NCBI GenBank assembly: GCA_025358945.1 | Contig: JANYHS010000217.1 | Coordinates: forward strand, 1-47,007 | Origin: Acidobacteriota bacterium | GTDB lineage: Bacteria > Acidobacteriota > Vicinamibacteria > Vicinamibacterales > CAVVIG01 | Length of the DNA: 47,007 bases | Reading direction: 5' to 3' | Part shown: positions 44,016-47,007 of the stretch, piece after piece | How the letters are laid out: the number at the start of each line of letters is the position of its first letter | Numbering within the stretch: the first letter of the stretch is position 1 | Notes under the pieces: generated by a model | What the model was told of the DNA's origin: nothing | Seen by the model: the letters and a program-made list of their open reading frames with translations, nothing else | The model's database searches: none | Translations under genes and position numbers: made by a program

Positions 44016-45622
44016 CAACGATTCGACGTGACGCTGCGCTGGCGGTCGAGTCTCGCGGCGCACGATGTCGCGCGATCGACGAGGTTTTGCGGCGCACCGT
44101 GCAACCGCAGCAGCGTGATCGCATTTCGTGTCGTGGCCGGCCCCGGCTGCAATTGGTGATCGAATACCAGCCCCTCCGGTCCCACCTGATCCCCGAAGTG
44201 ATAGGGCACGTACGTGGCGGGCAGCAGGTCGACGAGCTCGCCGTCGTGCGTCGCCGCCAGCGCGACGTGATGTGATCGTCCGCTCGGGCCGACCAGCAGC
44301 GCCTCGAGCACGGCTTGGCCGGCGGCGATGCGCTCGACGGCGTTCGTGCCGCGGAACAGTTCATCCAGCAAGAAGAGATGCGGTGCGGCCGACGCGCTCG
44401 CCTGCACCAGCTCGAGCAGCGACTCGACCTCGACGATGTAGTAGGACTTGCCGGCGAGGAGGTCGTCCGCGCGTCCGATGCAGCTGCGCACGTGGAAGAC
44501 GGGCGCGGTGTATTCGACCGCGAGACATGTGTTGATCGTCTGGCCCATCACGGCAGCGACGCCGACCGTTCGCAGGAACGTCGATTTGCCCGACATGTTC
44601 GAGCCGGTGATCAGCGCGCCGTGTCCGGGCGCGAGCGCGATCGAATTCGACACCGCATCGGCCACCAGCGGATGCCGCACATCGGTCAGGCTCGCGGGTG
44701 TGCCTGGGAGCACGAATCCCGGCCGCGTCCACACATCTGTTGACGCGCGGAACGCCGCCACACTGATCGCCGCATCCACGTCGCCGATCGCGGCGATCGT
44801 CCTCAGCAGCGACGCGCCGTGGGTCTGCAGTTCGCCGGCGCCGAAATAGACACCGTTCGCGTCGAGGAGAAACGCGAGGTTCAGGTAGTCGTAGATCGTG
44901 TTGCTGAAATCGCTGAGGATCACGGCGAGCGGATTGGGACTGACCGCGAGCATCATCGGATCGCCGCTCACCCAGCGCGCGATGGTTTTCAAGTGCCCCA
45001 GCTTCGGCACGTCCGTCTGCAGCGGACCGGTGATCGGGTCGAGGTCGGCGCCGTGCAGGAAACGCAGCGCCTGGGCGGTGGCGATCACCGGCGCCAATTG
45101 GCGGAATGCCCCGGCCACGCTGAGCACGCGGCGGTCGGTCGAAAAGCGCACGGCCAGGTTCGAGACCAGCGTGACGATCAGGAGTGGCACGATCCGCGGC
45201 CACCACGGCGTCAGGAGCAACAGCAGCAGGACGACCGTTGTCGCTGTCAGGAGCGGAAAGAGGAGGTACCAGGGCCGCGTCTCGAGCGCATCCTGCTCCG
45301 CCAGCCACCAGAGGTCGTACCCGTGGGCGTCACGCAGGCGTCCCAGCGCCCGTTTCGCGCGCGTGCGCGCCGCCTTGTCGGTGGCCATGCGTTCGACGAG
45401 CGCGTCGAAGGCGTCGAGATGATCGCCGACGGGAGCGGTTCGCAGGCGATGGTAGAGCGCCTGCCGCCCGAGCGTGCTTTCCGTACGGTCGAGCGCGGTG
45501 AACACCGCGTCCATGTGGAGGTCGGTCCAGGTGCGATCGTCCATCGACCCGGTGCGTGATGACGCGACGCGCGACCGATGCGCATCCGCCAGAGCCTCCA
45601 TGCGCGCGGCCTGATCGGTCAA
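44015..45622 (-). CDS. MutS-related ATPase (core plus domain V) with internal TM helices; no mismatch-binding or Smr domain
   Basis: Walker A GSNMSGKSTFLRTVG, Walker B LFLLDELFRGTN, ATHD, and TM stretch LLFPLLTATTVVLLLLLLTPWWPRIVPLLIVTLV. TTG start at 45622 (or the ATG 7 codons downstream). Confidence 0.75.
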   Translation of the reverse strand: MTDQAARMEALADAHRSRVASSRTGSMDDRTWTDLHMDAVFTALDRTESTLGRQALYHRLRTAPVGDHLDAFDALVERMATDKAARTRAKRALGRLRDAHGYDLWWLAEQDALETRPWYLLFPLLTATTVVLLLLLLTPWWPRIVPLLIVTLVSNLAVRFSTDRRVLSVAGAFRQLAPVIATAQALRFLHGADLDPITGPLQTDVPKLGHLKTIARWVSGDPMMLAVSPNPLAVILSDFSNTIYDYLNLAFLLDANGVYFGAGELQTHGASLLRTIAAIGDVDAAISVAAFRASTDVWTRPGFVLPGTPASLTDVRHPLVADAVSNSIALAPGHGALITGSNMSGKSTFLRTVGVAAVMGQTINTCLAVEYTAPVFHVRSCIGRADDLLAGKSYYIVEVESLLELVQASASAAPHLFLLDELFRGTNAVERIAAGQAVLEALLVGPSGRSHHVALAATHDGELVDLLPATYVPYHFGDQVGPEGLVFDHQLQPGPATTRNAITLLRLHGAPQNLVDRATSCAARLDRQRSVTSNR

Positions 45623-45892
45623 CTACGCCTTGCCGCGGACGCTGACGATCTTCTGCGCGATCAACTTCCAGAAATATCCGCTCACCAGCGCCGCGCCACC
45701 AGTGGCCAGACCGAATTGTGTCTTGTTGCGGCCCAGCCAGATGAAGATCACGGGAGCGCTCACCAGCGCGGCGCCCAGCTGCGCGCACAGCCGGGGCGTC
45801 GGTCTGCCTGGTTCGAGCAGCATCGTCGAGCAAGCGACAATCACGACGGATGCGGCAGGATATGCTTCGGTGAAAAATCGCCACCCACTCAT
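45623..45892 (-). CDS. Small membrane protein (89 aa), stop directly abutting the MutS-like start
   Basis: Hydrophobic segments AASVVIVACSTML, LGAALVSAPVIFIWL and GGAALVSGYFW. The start is uncertain: ATG 45892, or ATG 45823. Confidence 0.4.
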   Translation of the reverse strand: MSGWRFFTEAYPAASVVIVACSTMLLEPGRPTPRLCAQLGAALVSAPVIFIWLGRNKTQFGLATGGAALVSGYFWKLIAQKIVSVRGKA

Positions 45893-45901
45893 GAGGTCAT
45901 T

Positions 45902-46684
45902 ATGCGTGAACACCAGACACTGAAGCCGTTCGATTTTTCGGATGCGACTGCGGTGGTCCTTGGCGGCGCCACTGGGCTCGGCCGCGCGATGGCCGAGGGG
46001 CTGGCCGCCCACGGCGCCACCGTCTGCATCGTCTCGCGCTCGGCGGACAAGGCGACGGCCGCCGCCGACGCGATCGGCAGCCAGTGCGGTGGGCGCTGTT
46101 GGCCGTGCGCCGCGGATGTGGCCAGCGAGGCGTCGATCGGGCGGCTGCGCGACACGCTGCGCGAACGGTTCGCGGGCCGGGTGAACATCGCCATCAACTC
46201 CGCTGGGATCAACACCAGGAACCCCGTCGAGCAGATCGCGCTCGAAGAATGGGAATCGATCCAGCGCGTGAACGTCACCGGTGCGTTTCTGTTCGCGAAA
46301 GCGATGTTCCCGCTGCTCAAACACGCGGGGTGGGGCAGACTGATCAACATCACCAGCATCTTTGCGTCGCGATCGTTTCCCGGGCGGACGAGTTACGCCT
46401 CGAGCAAAGGCGCGTTGTTGCAATTGACGAAGACGCTGGCGATCGAATGGGCCGAGCAGGGCATCACCGCCAATGCGATCTCGCCGGGGCCGTTCCTCAC
46501 CGACATGACCCGGCCGGTATTGGACAACGAGGAGGCGTACCGTCGCTTCTGCGAGCACGTGCCGATGAAGCGATTCGCCGAGCCCAGTGAACTCATCACC
46601 GCCTGTCTGTTTCTGGCTTCGCGGGCGTCCACCTTCGTCACCGGCGCAGAGATCGTCGTCGATGGGGGGTGGCTGGTGACGTAA
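45902..46684 (+). CDS. SDR-family oxidoreductase
   Basis: Contains VLGGATGLGRAMA, NSAG and catalytic YASSKGAL. SD GAGG lies 5 nt before the ATG. Confidence 0.85.
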   Translation: MREHQTLKPFDFSDATAVVLGGATGLGRAMAEGLAAHGATVCIVSRSADKATAAADAIGSQCGGRCWPCAADVASEASIGRLRDTLRERFAGRVNIAINSAGINTRNPVEQIALEEWESIQRVNVTGAFLFAKAMFPLLKHAGWGRLINITSIFASRSFPGRTSYASSKGALLQLTKTLAIEWAEQGITANAISPGPFLTDMTRPVLDNEEAYRRFCEHVPMKRFAEPSELITACLFLASRASTFVTGAEIVVDGGWLVT

Positions 46685-46735
46685 AGGAGCGCATGAAACA
46701 GGCCACGCTGGTGCAGGCGAATTGTGAGAGGAAGG

Positions 46736-46811
<76 letters not shown>

Positions 46812-46888
46812 ACGAAACTCCAATACTAACACGCCGGTTTACGCAGCCGCAACGCAGCGGCTCGGCCTTCCTGTTACACTCGACCTCC

Positions 46889-47007
46889 ATGTCCGCGATG
46901 ACCCGCATCGGCGTGCTGACAGGCGGCGGCGACGCGCCTGGCCTGAACGCCGTCATCCGCGCGGTGGTGAAAGCCGCCGCCAACAGCGGCATCCAAACCG
47001 TCGGTAT
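46889..47007 (+). CDS. pfkA: 6-phosphofructokinase, 3'-truncated by the window end
   Basis: [30 protein letters not shown] is the PFK N-terminal signature. Confidence 0.8.
   Translation, partial: MSAMTRIGVLTGGGDAPGLNAVIRAVVKAAANSGIQTVG

Noticed and set aside
43642-44364. 240-aa minus-strand ORF overlapping the MutS-like 3' end and the 4-Cys gene
   Set aside because: It is out of frame with two better-supported genes and is mostly Arg/Ser/Cys-rich. Only its last ~35 codons look protein-like; these are reported separately as a low-interest relic.
45890-45904. Divergent start codons of the small membrane ORF and the SDR gene only 9 bp apart
   Set aside because: This is not treated as a regulatory oddity. 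The SDR has its own SD (GAGG) overlapping the other ORF's ATG, and the membrane ORF has an alternative ATG at 45823, so the close spacing may simply reflect a mis-chosen start.

Overview
The window is a visibly GC-rich bacterial chromosome segment with tightly packed genes. Many junctions are start/stop overlaps (ATGA, GTGA, TGATG). Secretin-TPR, DUF2723 and stand-alone FN3 genes suggest an Acidobacteriota-like lineage, but that is inference only.

Gene content is mostly housekeeping.
- 1-4.6 kb: an nrdR tail, a DUF4390 protein, an NtrY-like kinase and a sigma54 activator.
- 4.8-5.8 kb: a formimidoyltransferase on the minus strand.
- 5.8-24.9 kb: a long co-directional plus-strand array. It runs TPR/RDD proteins, pgpA, cinA, plsY, gpsA, ftsY, ribD-ribE-ribBA, a DCC protein, ffh, rpsP-KH-rimM-trmD-rplS, rnhB, a large TPR protein, thiE and rodZ.
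- 25.4-28.4 kb: a minus-strand GHMP kinase-polX-small protein operon.
- 28.4-35.7 kb: a peptidoglycan recycling/synthesis operon, nagZ-ldcA-mpl-pxpB-pxpC-murB-murA.
- 35.6-42.5 kb: a minus-strand block of secretin, lolA, DUF2723, a second degenerate PolX, a Cys-less rhodanese and a small Zn-ribbon-like ORF.
- 42.7-47.0 kb: tatC, a three-gene membrane MutS-like cassette, an SDR, tRNA-Ala(CGC) and a pfk start.

I saw no CRISPR array, transposase, integrase, recognisable defence system or obvious foreign island.

The points worth a second look are modest.
- A 5' edge ORF reads as an FtsY fragment fused in frame to an NrdR tail.
- Short tandem or inverted repeat islands sit exactly at gene junctions, and one of them is a coding palindrome.
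- DUF2723 carries an in-frame 15-bp repeat.
- The second PolX appears to have lost its polymerase acidic residues but keeps an intact PHP domain.
- An anomeric-type GHMP kinase and PxpBC are wired into the peptidoglycan recycling cluster.
- The membrane-anchored MutS-domain ATPase cassette is uncharacterised.

All functional calls come from reading the translated ORFs against remembered family motifs. No searches were run.
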